A stretch of 60,271 nt of DNA from a virus (lineage: Duplodnaviria; Caudoviricetes). Shown in pieces: positions 6,606 through 15,438 of the stretch (its first letter is position 1; each line of letters starts with the position of its first letter). The position numbers were made by a program, and so were the translations under genes. The notes beneath the pieces were generated by a model. That model was not told where the DNA came from and did no database searches. It saw nothing but the letters and a program-made list of their open reading frames with translations. The stretch is taken from IMG/VR virus record IMGVR_UViG_3300032282_003042, positions 1 through 60,271 of that record; one strand, written 5' to 3'.

Positions 6606-8895
6606 AATCTTCTTCCTCTAATGTCAATAGGTCGTTAATAAAATTATCATTTTTAGGTTCTTTTTCTAAAGCAATATCATCCTTTTTAGCATCATAAGTA
6701 TTTTGATAGTAAGAAGTTTTCCACCCATACTTATAAGTATTTAAGAAATCTTGAGCCATCACTGACACAGGAACTTCATTATCGGCATAATTTTCTGGAT
6801 TATACGACCAGTTTCCAGAAATCGCTTGATCAAAGAATTTTTGCATAACAGCAACAATATTAATATAACCGCTGTTACCAGGCATATCCCAAAGAAGCGT
6901 ATAATTGTTTTTAAGACTTCCATACTGAGGGACAATCTGCTTAAGAGGTCCTTTTTTAGACTTTTTAACAGACAAGTAATCTCTAGGTGGTTCAATTCCA
7001 TTAGTTTCATTTGATACTACAGAACTGCTTTCTGATGGCATCTGTGCGGACAATGTTGAGTTTCTGAGACCATGATTAAGAATAGATATTCTCAATGTTT
7101 CCCAATCATAATTTAAATTATTGGGAACGATTGTATCAACATCCTTTTTGTAAGTATCGATAGGAAGAATACCATCAGAATACTTAGTACGATCAAAGTA
7201 TCCACAACGTCCTTTTTCTTTGGCAAGTTCATTTGAAGATTTTAGTAGATAGTATTGGAATGCTTCTGTAAGATCATGAACTAATTGCCATGCTTTAGGA
7301 TCATCATAATGCTCGCCATGTCGAGCCAAGTAATGAGCGAGACCAATATAACCGATTCCAAGTGAACGACGATTTTTTGTGGATACTTCAGCTGCTTTGA
7401 TAGGATAATTTTGGTATTCAATCAATTCATCCAATCCACGAACAGAAAGATCACAAAGATCTTCTAGTTCATCAAGATTTTTCAATTTACCAACATTAAT
7501 AGCAGACAAAATACAAAGAGCAATTTCACCTTCACCATCAATATGCTGAATAGGATCTGTCGGAAGAGTAATTTCTTGACACAAATTACTCATATTAACT
7601 TTATCTTTAAATGATGAATGAGAATTGCAGTGGTCAATATTCATAATATAAATACGGCCTGTTTCAGCACGTTCTTTTAAAATACCAAGAATTAATTCTT
7701 GAGCACTGATTTGTTTGCGGGGTATTGAAGTATTTGATTCGTAAGAGATATACAAATTATCAAACTCAGGAGTCCCAAAAGCATCATACAGCCCAGGGAC
7801 ATCATGAGGAGAGAATAAAGTAATTTCTTGATTAGAAATGAATCGTTCATAAAAAATCTTCGAAATTTGAATAGAATAATCGAGTTTGCGTACACGATTA
7901 TCTTCCGTTCCTTTATTGTTTTTTAATACAATAATATCTTCTATCTCTTGATGCCAGATTGGGAAGTGGACTGTCGCACTTCCTCCTCGTATACCATTTT
8001 GCGTACAACAACGGACAGTTGCTTCAAACTTTTTGAGAAACGGTATAACTCCAGTGTGAGCCACTTCACCCCCTCTAATTTTGCTGTTGACACCACGGAT
8101 TCTACCTGCGTTAATGCCGATGCCTGCCCTTTGAGCAACATACCTACCAATAGCCATGTCGCTACTGAAGATGCTATCAAGGGTGTCATCAGAATCAACC
8201 AACACACAACTAGCGAATTGCCTGAGAGGTGTTCTAACTCCCGCCATGATAGGGGTCGGAATGTTGATTTTGTGTTTGGATATGGCATTGTAATAACGTC
8301 GAACGTAATCTAAACGAGAAGTTAATGGATAATCAGCAAACAAAGTTACTGCAATCATCATGTACATATATTGAGGAGTTTCAAATACTTCATTATTACT
8401 CCTATCTTGAACAAGATATTTGTCAACTACTTGTCGCAACCCCGCATAAGAGAATAGATAATCCCTATCATGATCAATCCAACTATCAATTTTAGCCCAA
8501 TCTTCATCAGTATACTTATCTAAAATTTCCTCATCGTATACTTTTAGAATTGTCGAATTATATAAAGCTACGTCGTAAACATTTGGCATTCCATCTTTCC
8601 AAATATTCTTGTGGAAAACTTGTTTTCGCAAAGAAAATAACAACAAACGTGCAGCTACATATTGATAATTTACATTATCCAAAGAAATAAGATCGCTAGC
8701 AGAACGAATCAAAATTTCTTGAATTTCTTCAGTTGTAATATTATCATAAAATTGTATACCAGAATTCATTTCTACTTGAGAAGAAGAAACTCCAGCTAGT
8801 CCATCACATGCTTCATCTACCATACGATGAATTTTATCTAGATTAAGTGGTTCGATAGAACCGTCACGCTTAGTAACTTTAATCCCGTTGCTCAT
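6586..8895 (-). CDS. nrdA: ribonucleotide reductase class Ia, alpha subunit
   Basis: ATP cone (VTKRDG), PTPIMAG, QFASCVL, SNLCQEI, MPSESSS, C-terminal CDSCKI; no intein or intron. Confidence 0.98.
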   Translation of the reverse strand: MSNGIKVTKRDGSIEPLNLDKIHRMVDEACDGLAGVSSSQVEMNSGIQFYDNITTEEIQEILIRSASDLISLDNVNYQYVAARLLLFSLRKQVFHKNIWKDGMPNVYDVALYNSTILKVYDEEILDKYTDEDWAKIDSWIDHDRDYLFSYAGLRQVVDKYLVQDRSNNEVFETPQYMYMMIAVTLFADYPLTSRLDYVRRYYNAISKHKINIPTPIMAGVRTPLRQFASCVLVDSDDTLDSIFSSDMAIGRYVAQRAGIGINAGRIRGVNSKIRGGEVAHTGVIPFLKKFEATVRCCTQNGIRGGSATVHFPIWHQEIEDIIVLKNNKGTEDNRVRKLDYSIQISKIFYERFISNQEITLFSPHDVPGLYDAFGTPEFDNLYISYESNTSIPRKQISAQELILGILKERAETGRIYIMNIDHCNSHSSFKDKVNMSNLCQEITLPTDPIQHIDGEGEIALCILSAINVGKLKNLDELEDLCDLSVRGLDELIEYQNYPIKAAEVSTKNRRSLGIGYIGLAHYLARHGEHYDDPKAWQLVHDLTEAFQYYLLKSSNELAKEKGRCGYFDRTKYSDGILPIDTYKKDVDTIVPNNLNYDWETLRISILNHGLRNSTLSAQMPSESSSVVSNETNGIEPPRDYLSVKKSKKGPLKQIVPQYGSLKNNYTLLWDMPGNSGYINIVAVMQKFFDQAISGNWSYNPENYADNEVPVSVMAQDFLNTYKYGWKTSYYQNTYDAKKDDIALEKEPKNDNFINDLLTLEEEDCDSCKI

Positions 8896-9890
8896 ACTTT
8901 CTTCCATTCGATAAGTTTAACTTTTGCTTCTAAACCATGATAGGTATTACTCTCTACCATATCCTGTACATCATATCCAGCCAACACCATATCATTGATA
9001 TCTTTTTCTTTGATATGAGAATCCCATATAACTATTTTTTCTCCAGCATTAATTGTTTTTGTGTATTTGTCAACAATTTGTTTGTTTCTTGGTTCGTTGT
9101 CGAAAACAAATGTACGATCAGGAAACAATAACCTGTCAAGTACAACGTCACTGCCACACATTGCAATGCTGTTTTCAATAAACATAGAATCAAATGGCCC
9201 TTCAGTAACATAAACATTTTTTGCTGGATTTACACGATCTAATCCAAATATTTTTGGCTGATCTTCATTTAACATAATAGTAATATATCTTAATTTGGAG
9301 TTTGGTATCAATGATCTCCCCTGAAAACCAAACATATTTCCTTCTTTGTCCTTGAGTGGAATAATAATTCTGGGACTATCTTTTCTCAAAGTGTCAAATA
9401 TTTTGATTTGAGAATTGGTCCATTCTTTAAATTTTGGACAATAATAAAAGTAATCTAAATCTTTAATTTTTCTACTTTCCAAATATTCCCTTGCTGGGTG
9501 TGTAATATTTAGTTGAGAGATCTTTTCTAAATTTTCAGTATTTTTGCGTCTAGAAGAAAATTTAGGTTCTTGAAAATTAAATGATGGATTTGGCGTTTGA
9601 GTTCCTTTGCCAGTCAACCCTTCTTTATAACGCTCAAGAAGATATTGATCATACAAAATAGAATTTTGATCTTTTAAAAAATTAGTGAATGTTCTTCCAA
9701 TACCACAATTATGACACTTAAAAACCAAATCATTTTTAATTTTAAAAATATATCCCCTAGCTTTATCTTGACGTTTTTTGCTATCTCCGCAATAAGGACA
9801 ACGAAAGTTATAAAGTGATTCTTTTTTCTTCGCAAACTTTTGAAGTTGGGGTGATATTAGTCCAACGTACTTCACATCAATAAAACTCAT
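8892..9890 (-). CDS. gp61: DNA primase (T4 gp61-like)
   Basis: Zn finger CPYCGDS...CHNC; TOPRIM motifs VTEGPFDS, FDNEPRN, KDINDM. Confidence 0.95.
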   Translation of the reverse strand: MSFIDVKYVGLISPQLQKFAKKKESLYNFRCPYCGDSKKRQDKARGYIFKIKNDLVFKCHNCGIGRTFTNFLKDQNSILYDQYLLERYKEGLTGKGTQTPNPSFNFQEPKFSSRRKNTENLEKISQLNITHPAREYLESRKIKDLDYFYYCPKFKEWTNSQIKIFDTLRKDSPRIIIPLKDKEGNMFGFQGRSLIPNSKLRYITIMLNEDQPKIFGLDRVNPAKNVYVTEGPFDSMFIENSIAMCGSDVVLDRLLFPDRTFVFDNEPRNKQIVDKYTKTINAGEKIVIWDSHIKEKDINDMVLAGYDVQDMVESNTYHGLEAKVKLIEWKKV

Positions 9891-9918
9891 TTAACAAAAG
9901 GGGGCGTTCATTCCACCT

Positions 9919-9947
9919 ATAATAGCATTTGTTTTTCCAGTTGTCAA
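9919..9947 (-). promoter_or_regulatory. sigma70-like promoter for primase/nrd
   Basis: TTGACA-17 bp-TATTAT with extended -10 (TG). Confidence 0.75.
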
Positions 9948-9968
9948 GAGTTTAATAAAAAATTTATT

Positions 9969-10400
9969 TTATTTTTTAATGTTTTCTGGGTTGGGCACGT
10001 ATCTGTGTTCCATTTTAAACCCTAATTGGTCTGGTGTCAACCACCCTGAAGCCAATGTTGACACAGATGTGGCCAGCACTGCCGATAATATACCCATGCC
10101 AACAATCATCCACTTAATTCTACCATAATCTTCAACCTTATTTTCAATTGTTTTGATTCTATTATCAAGTGTTTGTTTCAACTCATCAATCATCTTGATC
10201 ATAATGTTGTCTGTCTTTGTTGCTTGTTCTAAGCGTGATTCATGCCTTTCAAGGATAAGAGCAACGTTTTGGTTGCTCTCACTAATCTTATCAACTGCTC
10301 TTTCAAGTTTGTCAAGCATCTCTTTCGAAAGATCTTCATAAATAGAAAATTTTGCTTCCAAAACTGATAGTTCAGTTTTCTGATTTAATCCGAAAGCCAT
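9969..10400 (-). CDS. hypothetical coiled-coil protein with a C-terminal TM segment
   Basis: 143 aa; heptad-rich, hydrophobic WMIVGMGILSAVLA segment. Confidence 0.75.
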   Translation of the reverse strand: MAFGLNQKTELSVLEAKFSIYEDLSKEMLDKLERAVDKISESNQNVALILERHESRLEQATKTDNIMIKMIDELKQTLDNRIKTIENKVEDYGRIKWMIVGMGILSAVLATSVSTLASGWLTPDQLGFKMEHRYVPNPENIKK

Positions 10401-10407
10401 AATTACC

Positions 10408-11115
10408 TCAAACGTTTCTTACAGCAAACTCAAGAGCACTTTGAAAAGTAGATGCATCTTTATTCAACATGTAACGAAAAGCATCTTTGTTTGAGTCATC
10501 TAATTGAGCATAAGCAGCAGCAATTCTTTTAGCAGAAAAATTATCTAAATTTTGTTGAGACCCATCATTGAATGTTATTTTTGCAAATGAAGTTTCTCCC
10601 CTTGAATCTAATTCTGATGTAGCTACTTGAAGAGCAACATTCAAAGCATCAGTTTCTTCAATCATAATATTACCTTCCATTTCGTATGAATTTTTTTGTA
10701 TTTTTTTCTGTTGTTGATTTGCTTTATTTTTAAAATCTGCTACACGAGCTTTCATAAGTTGATCCATTTCACTTTGTTTTCTTTGCATTTTTTCTCTAGC
10801 TTCTTCACGCTTTTTTTGTAAATCTTTTTTATTATCTAATTCTTTCTTTTTGCGAATCTGTTCTTGTGCCCTTTCGGTAGCACTGGGAACTTTTTCTGAA
10901 ATAAGTTCTAATTCTTCTTTCATTTTTCTTTTTCCTAAAATACGGGATACTAATTTTTTTGCTCCTTTAGTTCTACCATCAACTTTATTTTCATTAGATT
11001 TTTTATATTTTCTTTGTGATTTGGGGTTCACAAATACAAATGCGGGGGGTAGACAAAGACCCTCACCATTGCCAGCCATCATTTCATTTAAATTAAATTT
11101 AGTATGTTTAGACAT
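10408..11115 (-). CDS. hypothetical protein, possible internal head protein
   Basis: 235 aa, Lys/Glu-rich, several hydrophobic-X-E sites (LNE, ISE, IEE). Confidence 0.7.
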   Translation of the reverse strand: MSKHTKFNLNEMMAGNGEGLCLPPAFVFVNPKSQRKYKKSNENKVDGRTKGAKKLVSRILGKRKMKEELELISEKVPSATERAQEQIRKKKELDNKKDLQKKREEAREKMQRKQSEMDQLMKARVADFKNKANQQQKKIQKNSYEMEGNIMIEETDALNVALQVATSELDSRGETSFAKITFNDGSQQNLDNFSAKRIAAAYAQLDDSNKDAFRYMLNKDASTFQSALEFAVRNV

Positions 11116-11444
11116 TCTTGATCAACTTTAGAATTTATAGTTTCTGGTAATCTATTTAAAAATAACATAAATGCTTTCAATACTGGCCAATATTTAGCTT
11201 CAATTTTAAAAAAAAGTAATGGAGTTGCAGCATCATCAAATATATTATATAACAATATAATATGATTTAAAATTAAATTAACTTTTAATTCACCATCAGT
11301 TTCATATCTTTTCAATAATCTTTTTATATATTTAAATATATTTAGATCTTCTAAAAAATCTTCATAAGTAACTGATGAAGTATTATTATAATGTTTAATT
11401 GCAAACATCACCCAATTATCTTTTGTCAATTCATCAAATAACAT
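11088..11444 (-). CDS. conserved T4-like phage hypothetical protein
   Basis: 118 aa; FAIKHYNN, FKYIKRLL, LILNHIILLYNIF segments. Confidence 0.8.
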   Translation of the reverse strand: MLFDELTKDNWVMFAIKHYNNTSSVTYEDFLEDLNIFKYIKRLLKRYETDGELKVNLILNHIILLYNIFDDAATPLLFFKIEAKYWPVLKAFMLFLNRLPETINSKVDQECLNILNLI

Positions 11445-11452
11445 AAATTATA

Positions 11453-12328
11453 TCAAGCAGCAGTCACCGTTAACGTTGCTTCATTAGAAATAACTTCTTT
11501 GGCACCATCAGATGATGTGAGTTTTACACGATACCCATAACCATTAGATGCTGTTGTTAGTCCAGTGAGAGCAAGTGAAGAACTTGTAGCACCAGAAACA
11601 TTTGTCCAACGACTAGCACTACTTGTTCTACGTTGCCACTGATAAACAAGTGATCCAACATTAGTCGAAGCAGTAACCGAGAAGGTAGCAGCAGCGGTAG
11701 CAACAGTAGAAACAGTGATCGTAAGATCGTTAGTTGTATCAACACCACCTAACTGACTACCCTTGACAAGGATTGTATCAGTAGCAGCAAATCCAGAACC
11801 ACCAGTTACAACAGTAACAGTATAGGTTCCACCAGAACGAGAAACTGTAAATTCGTATCCAGTAGAAGCAGGGGCGACATCACCAGAAACATTGGTAATC
11901 ACATTACCAGCGGTAGAACCAGTAATAGTATAGGTTCCTGTACCAGTGGCGGCAGTACCAGATCTAGTGAAAGTAAGAATAGCCCCAGAAGGAGTTCTGG
12001 TTGATTGGTTAGCAGGTTGGCCAGAAATTGTAATGGTCGAAGTTAAATCAGCAGCAATAGTATCATCTGCTTGGGTTTCATTAACATTGGTATCAGGATC
12101 ACCAATTGTAATCATAAGCTCTGCTTTGTGGCGTGTTACGCCATCGCAATCAGTGAAAGTGTAATAAGACCACCAACCAGGAGCATCAATACCACGACTT
12201 TTGTTTTCATCCAAAGCAGCTTCAGTATTGTCAACAAAAATAACTTCTTTTGATTGTGATGAAGCTGCTATGCCTATACCAGCTTTTGTTTTATTTGTAT
12301 TTGAATCTGTTCTACCGTATAGAGACAT
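11453..12328 (-). CDS. virion structural protein with an Ig-like domain
   Basis: ITISGQP...ATFSVTA...YQWQ...GYGYRVKL...SNEATLTV Ig-fold pattern; own late promoter. Confidence 0.75.
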   Translation of the reverse strand: MSLYGRTDSNTNKTKAGIGIAASSQSKEVIFVDNTEAALDENKSRGIDAPGWWSYYTFTDCDGVTRHKAELMITIGDPDTNVNETQADDTIAADLTSTITISGQPANQSTRTPSGAILTFTRSGTAATGTGTYTITGSTAGNVITNVSGDVAPASTGYEFTVSRSGGTYTVTVVTGGSGFAATDTILVKGSQLGGVDTTNDLTITVSTVATAAATFSVTASTNVGSLVYQWQRRTSSASRWTNVSGATSSSLALTGLTTASNGYGYRVKLTSSDGAKEVISNEATLTVTAA

Positions 12329-12364
12329 CTAATTTCTCCAATATTTTAGCTTATATCTACTAGA

Positions 12365-12372
12365 TATTTATA
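12365..12372 (-). promoter_or_regulatory. T4-type late promoter TATAAATA
   Basis: Exact consensus upstream of the Ig-like gene. Confidence 0.8.
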
Positions 12373-12403
12373 AAAAAAGGAGACCTTACTTTTGGTCTCC
12401 TTT
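12372..12403 (-). terminator. intrinsic terminator
   Basis: AAAGGAGACC/GGTCTCCTTT stem followed by a T-tract on the minus strand. Confidence 0.75.
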
Positions 12404-12550
12404 ATTTAATATTGTTTTTAAAAACAATTGTATAAAATCTATAATTCCATTTGCTTTTGTTCTTTTTGTTTTTGATAACCATTCAGACAATGAAAGTAAA
12501 AATCCAAGAACAATAGTAAATCCCCAGTTAGTTAATAAACAGGTAATCAT
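12386..12550 (-). CDS. small membrane protein (54 aa, MITCLLTNWGFTIVLGFLLSLSEWL...)
   Basis: ATGA overlap with the upstream ORF; TM segment; read by hand. Confidence 0.65.
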   Translation of the reverse strand: MITCLLTNWGFTIVLGFLLSLSEWLSKTKRTKANGIIDFIQLFLKTILNKGDQK

Positions 12551-12720
12551 ACTTGTGGTTTAAATAATCTATCTTTAACAAGCTCATACACTACATCATC
12601 AATGCTATTATCTGTGCTAGAGACATACTTTTTAAGTAATTCTAGCACTAAATTTTTAACTGCTGGACTAGTAGCAATTGAAAATAATAATGGTTTAATT
12701 ACAGATACTAATGTAGACAT
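12547..12720 (-). CDS. small hypothetical protein (57 aa, MSTLVSVIKPLLFSIATSPAVKNLVLELL...)
   Basis: GGAG RBS, TAAATA upstream, amphipathic helices; read by hand. Confidence 0.7.
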   Translation of the reverse strand: MSTLVSVIKPLLFSIATSPAVKNLVLELLKKYVSSTDNSIDDVVYELVKDRLFKPQV

Positions 12721-12870
12721 AATTTACTCCAATTTTACATCATTTATATTTATCAGCTTTCATTTGACTTTTTAATGCTTTCAAAATATAAATTTTATTT
12801 TTTTTCTTTTGTTCGTGTTCTGCTTCTGTAGATTTTATTACAGGCATCACTTCCAAAGTAGATGCCTCTT

Positions 12871-13983
12871 TTACTTTTTTTCTTCTTCAATCTCCTTGCG
12901 AAGTTCAGCTTCTTCTTTCATTTTTTTCTGAGTAGAAAGAATTTTATTAATTTTATTACGACGAGCAAGAAGATATTTATCTTGATTATCCTTTTTGCCA
13001 TCATTATTTACATCATCATCTTCTTTCCCAACTGGATCTAGTTTTTCACCAATTACTTTAAATTTAGCTCCATCCATTTCACCTAATTCAGCAAGTGCTT
13101 CTCCAACAATAGACCATAGTTCTTCTGCTGTTTCTACATCATAGTCTTCTTTCTTCATATCATGCTTCTTATCAGCATCTGACTTCTCCCATGTTTTGAG
13201 AGACATTTTATTTTTCTTAGCAAGCTTCTTATCTTCGTCTTTATCTTCTTTGCTACCTTCCCATGCTTCATTTTTTGCTTTCCAAGCAGTAGCATAAGCA
13301 ATCCCTTTTTCCTTCTTGGTTAGTTCACCATCTTTTGAATAACCTTTCTTGATGTGCTTAACCATGCGCTCATACTTAGCGCCTGGAGGCGCTGATTCAT
13401 CAAGCATTAATTCGCCAATTGGTTCATATCCAGCCTTTACGCAATCATTAACTTCTTTGTCACCTTTCATTTTGGTGCCTTTCTTTTTATATCCTTTCCA
13501 GCAAGATGTAAATCCATTATCATCCTTACCATCCATTTTTTCAAAAACGTAATGAACACCTTCAACGTAAATATTGAAAGCTTCTTTTACTTCTTTTTCA
13601 GTCTTTTTTTCTCCTTTTTCTTCTTTATCAGGAGCATGTTTGTATTCTTTATGCTTACCACCTTCGTCTTTTTCTTTTTCTTTTTTCTCTACTTCTTCTT
13701 TGGCAACAACATTTGTATATTTGATGGTGGCACCATGGGATTGTTTAATGCCTTTACCAGTTTTTAAATTAGTATTTAAAACAACTGCTGGATCAGCGTA
13801 ACCAGCATTTTGTTTTGGATCTTTGTGAGCAAAATTATCTTCGTTTCCTTTTTTTTCTAACGATGGAATTTTTTCTTCAAAAACATTTTTTTTGCCACTA
13901 AAATATGAAGCAGTAGCTTCAACTAATGCTGTTGAAAAATCATCATTATGTTTAATTTGTGTCGTTGGTTTCTGTCTTTCCAT
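12871..13983 (-). CDS. modular K/E-rich putative internal head protein
   Basis: Late promoter upstream; short modules (CWKGY..NDCVK; APPGAKYERMVKHIKK..AYATAWK; LDPVGKEDDDVNNDG) separated by hydrophobic-X-E sites; start placed at MERQK. Confidence 0.75.
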   Translation of the reverse strand: MERQKPTTQIKHNDDFSTALVEATASYFSGKKNVFEEKIPSLEKKGNEDNFAHKDPKQNAGYADPAVVLNTNLKTGKGIKQSHGATIKYTNVVAKEEVEKKEKEKDEGGKHKEYKHAPDKEEKGEKKTEKEVKEAFNIYVEGVHYVFEKMDGKDDNGFTSCWKGYKKKGTKMKGDKEVNDCVKAGYEPIGELMLDESAPPGAKYERMVKHIKKGYSKDGELTKKEKGIAYATAWKAKNEAWEGSKEDKDEDKKLAKKNKMSLKTWEKSDADKKHDMKKEDYDVETAEELWSIVGEALAELGEMDGAKFKVIGEKLDPVGKEDDDVNNDGKKDNQDKYLLARRNKINKILSTQKKMKEEAELRKEIEEEKK

Positions 13984-14233
13984 CGGTGAATAATACATTT
14001 TTTCTATCTTTATTTATACTTTGTGTGATATTAACTTCTCTAATATCATTAATCCAAGCTCTAAACATTTTACCTTCTTCGGTAATTGCGATAACGTAAT
14101 TTACACCAGATCTATGTATTTTCCCCTTTTCGCCAGTAATAGATGACATCACATAATCACCTTCTTGAAAAATTTTTTTATGCAAATAACATTCTCTAAG
14201 AGTTTCTTGTCTTAGTTGCTTAAAATTTTTCAT
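13952..14233 (-). CDS. hypothetical protein (SH3-like beta domain; resembles the C-terminal part of cyanophage cytidylyltransferases)
   Basis: LRE.Y...IF..GD.V...G.I.R.G.NYVI...F.AWI.DI.E pattern recognised from memory; AATAAATA at 14250-14257. Confidence 0.6.
   Translation of the reverse strand: MKNFKQLRQETLRECYLHKKIFQEGDYVMSSITGEKGKIHRSGVNYVIAITEEGKMFRAWINDIREVNITQSINKDRKNVLFTDGKTETNDTN
14011..14018 (-). promoter_or_regulatory. T4-type late promoter TATAAATA
   Basis: Exact consensus inside the 3' end of the upstream gene. Confidence 0.7.
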
Positions 14234-14260
14234 AGTATGTGTTTTTAAATATTTATTTTA

Positions 14261-14851
14261 TTAAAAATGTTTTGCTAAACAACACCATAAAATATGTTTT
14301 TGACCAGATAATATTTTAGATGATTTGTGAGCATGGTGTAGATCACATGGAAAACATAATAAACTTCCAATTTTTGGTTTAATTTTTATTTTGTCATTCA
14401 AAAAAAATGTATTCCCGCCTTCAAAATTATCATTCAAATATAATATAAAAGAATAAACAAGCTGACTTCTTTCACCTGAAGATGCGTCAATATGCCAATC
14501 ATAATAATCTAAAGTATGATATGATCTAAAATGCAATGTTCCAGATAACTGCTTACTATAATAATTATTCCTAGTAATATAATTGATAAATTTATTTTGA
14601 TTTATATACGAAATATGTCCATTTTCAATTATGGCGTGGCTTTTTTTATATAATTTTAAATCAATATCTTTGGGAGAAAGATGTGTAACATCTAAAGCAG
14701 TATTATGTCTGGTTTTATTTTTAATTTTATCCAAATCATTTTTATATTTTAATAATTTGGGATTTAGCCACTCTACAATTTCACTGCATTCTTGATCTGT
14801 AACAAAATTTTGATATTCATATATCAAATTAGTATGTTTTATTAACTCCAT
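14261..14851 (-). CDS. 2OG-Fe(II) oxygenase (prolyl-4-hydroxylase-like)
   Basis: HxD (WHID), ILYLNDNFEGGNT, distal His, terminal K..L motif. Confidence 0.85.
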   Translation of the reverse strand: MELIKHTNLIYEYQNFVTDQECSEIVEWLNPKLLKYKNDLDKIKNKTRHNTALDVTHLSPKDIDLKLYKKSHAIIENGHISYINQNKFINYITRNNYYSKQLSGTLHFRSYHTLDYYDWHIDASSGERSQLVYSFILYLNDNFEGGNTFFLNDKIKIKPKIGSLLCFPCDLHHAHKSSKILSGQKHILWCCLAKHF

Positions 14852-14869
14852 TTTTTATAAATTTTAAAA

Positions 14870-14954
14870 CGGTGAATCAGGGATTCGAACCCTGGGAGGC
14901 TTTCACCTCGCTGGTTTTCAAGACCAGTGCCATAAACCACTCGACCAACTCACC
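14870..14954 (-). tRNA. tRNA-Ser (anticodon UGA)
   Basis: Acceptor stem GGTGAGT/ATTCACC, D-loop GAGTGG, anticodon arm CTGGT-CTTGAAA-ACCAG, long variable arm, GGTTCGAATCC T-arm, G discriminator; CCA not encoded. Confidence 0.96.
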
Positions 14955-14956
14955 CT

Positions 14957-15013
14957 TTGATGGTTCGAGTGTGATATACCTCAAGGATATAACAGGGACT
15001 CGAACTCTATCAA
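14957..15013 (-). ncRNA. long hairpin directly upstream of tRNA-Ser (candidate structured RNA)
   Basis: TTGAT..GTTCGAGT pairs with ACTCGAAC..ATCAA, with an inner TATA/CC-TTGA-GG/TATA stem. Confidence 0.45.
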
Positions 15014-15019
15014 TTTTAT

Positions 15020-15430
15020 TTATCGATCACCATCTGCCCGATTTTCGGAAAAATAAACATCAAAAGCTCCTTCTGGGTAACGCTTTAGAAGTTTTTGTAC
15101 ATTATGAGCAACCACATCATCAATAGAAACTCCAAGCGCAATACATGCTTGAGCTACATACCACATAATATCACCCAACTCAATAATAAGATGCTCTCGA
15201 TTATCACTATTCCAAGGTTTACCTTGGAAAACCATTTTCTTAATGATCTCAAGAAACTCACCACCTTCAGCATTAATACCAACACCAGCAGTGAGAAGTC
15301 GTTCAATATTGGCACCTTTAGAATCCAAATCAACAAGGCGCTGAGAAAGAGCAAGAAATTCTTTTGATGCATCAGAAGTTACTTCATCAACAAATTCAAC
15401 ATACTTATCAAAATTAACGTGTTTATCCAT
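15020..15430 (-). CDS. mazG: MazG-family nucleoside triphosphate pyrophosphohydrolase
   Basis: GINAEGGEFLEIIKK, ELGDIMWYVAQ, NVQKLLKRYP. Confidence 0.93.
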   Translation of the reverse strand: MDKHVNFDKYVEFVDEVTSDASKEFLALSQRLVDLDSKGANIERLLTAGVGINAEGGEFLEIIKKMVFQGKPWNSDNREHLIIELGDIMWYVAQACIALGVSIDDVVAHNVQKLLKRYPEGAFDVYFSENRADGDR

Positions 15431-15438
15431 ATTAAATA

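Noticed and set aside
7941-8313. Overlapping alternative-frame and antisense ORFs in nrdA
   Set aside because: Shadow ORFs in a locally GC-richer stretch, with no RBS or recognisable motifs
14872-15126. 84-aa + strand ORF
   Set aside because: It is the antisense reading of tRNA-Ser and the mazG 3' end
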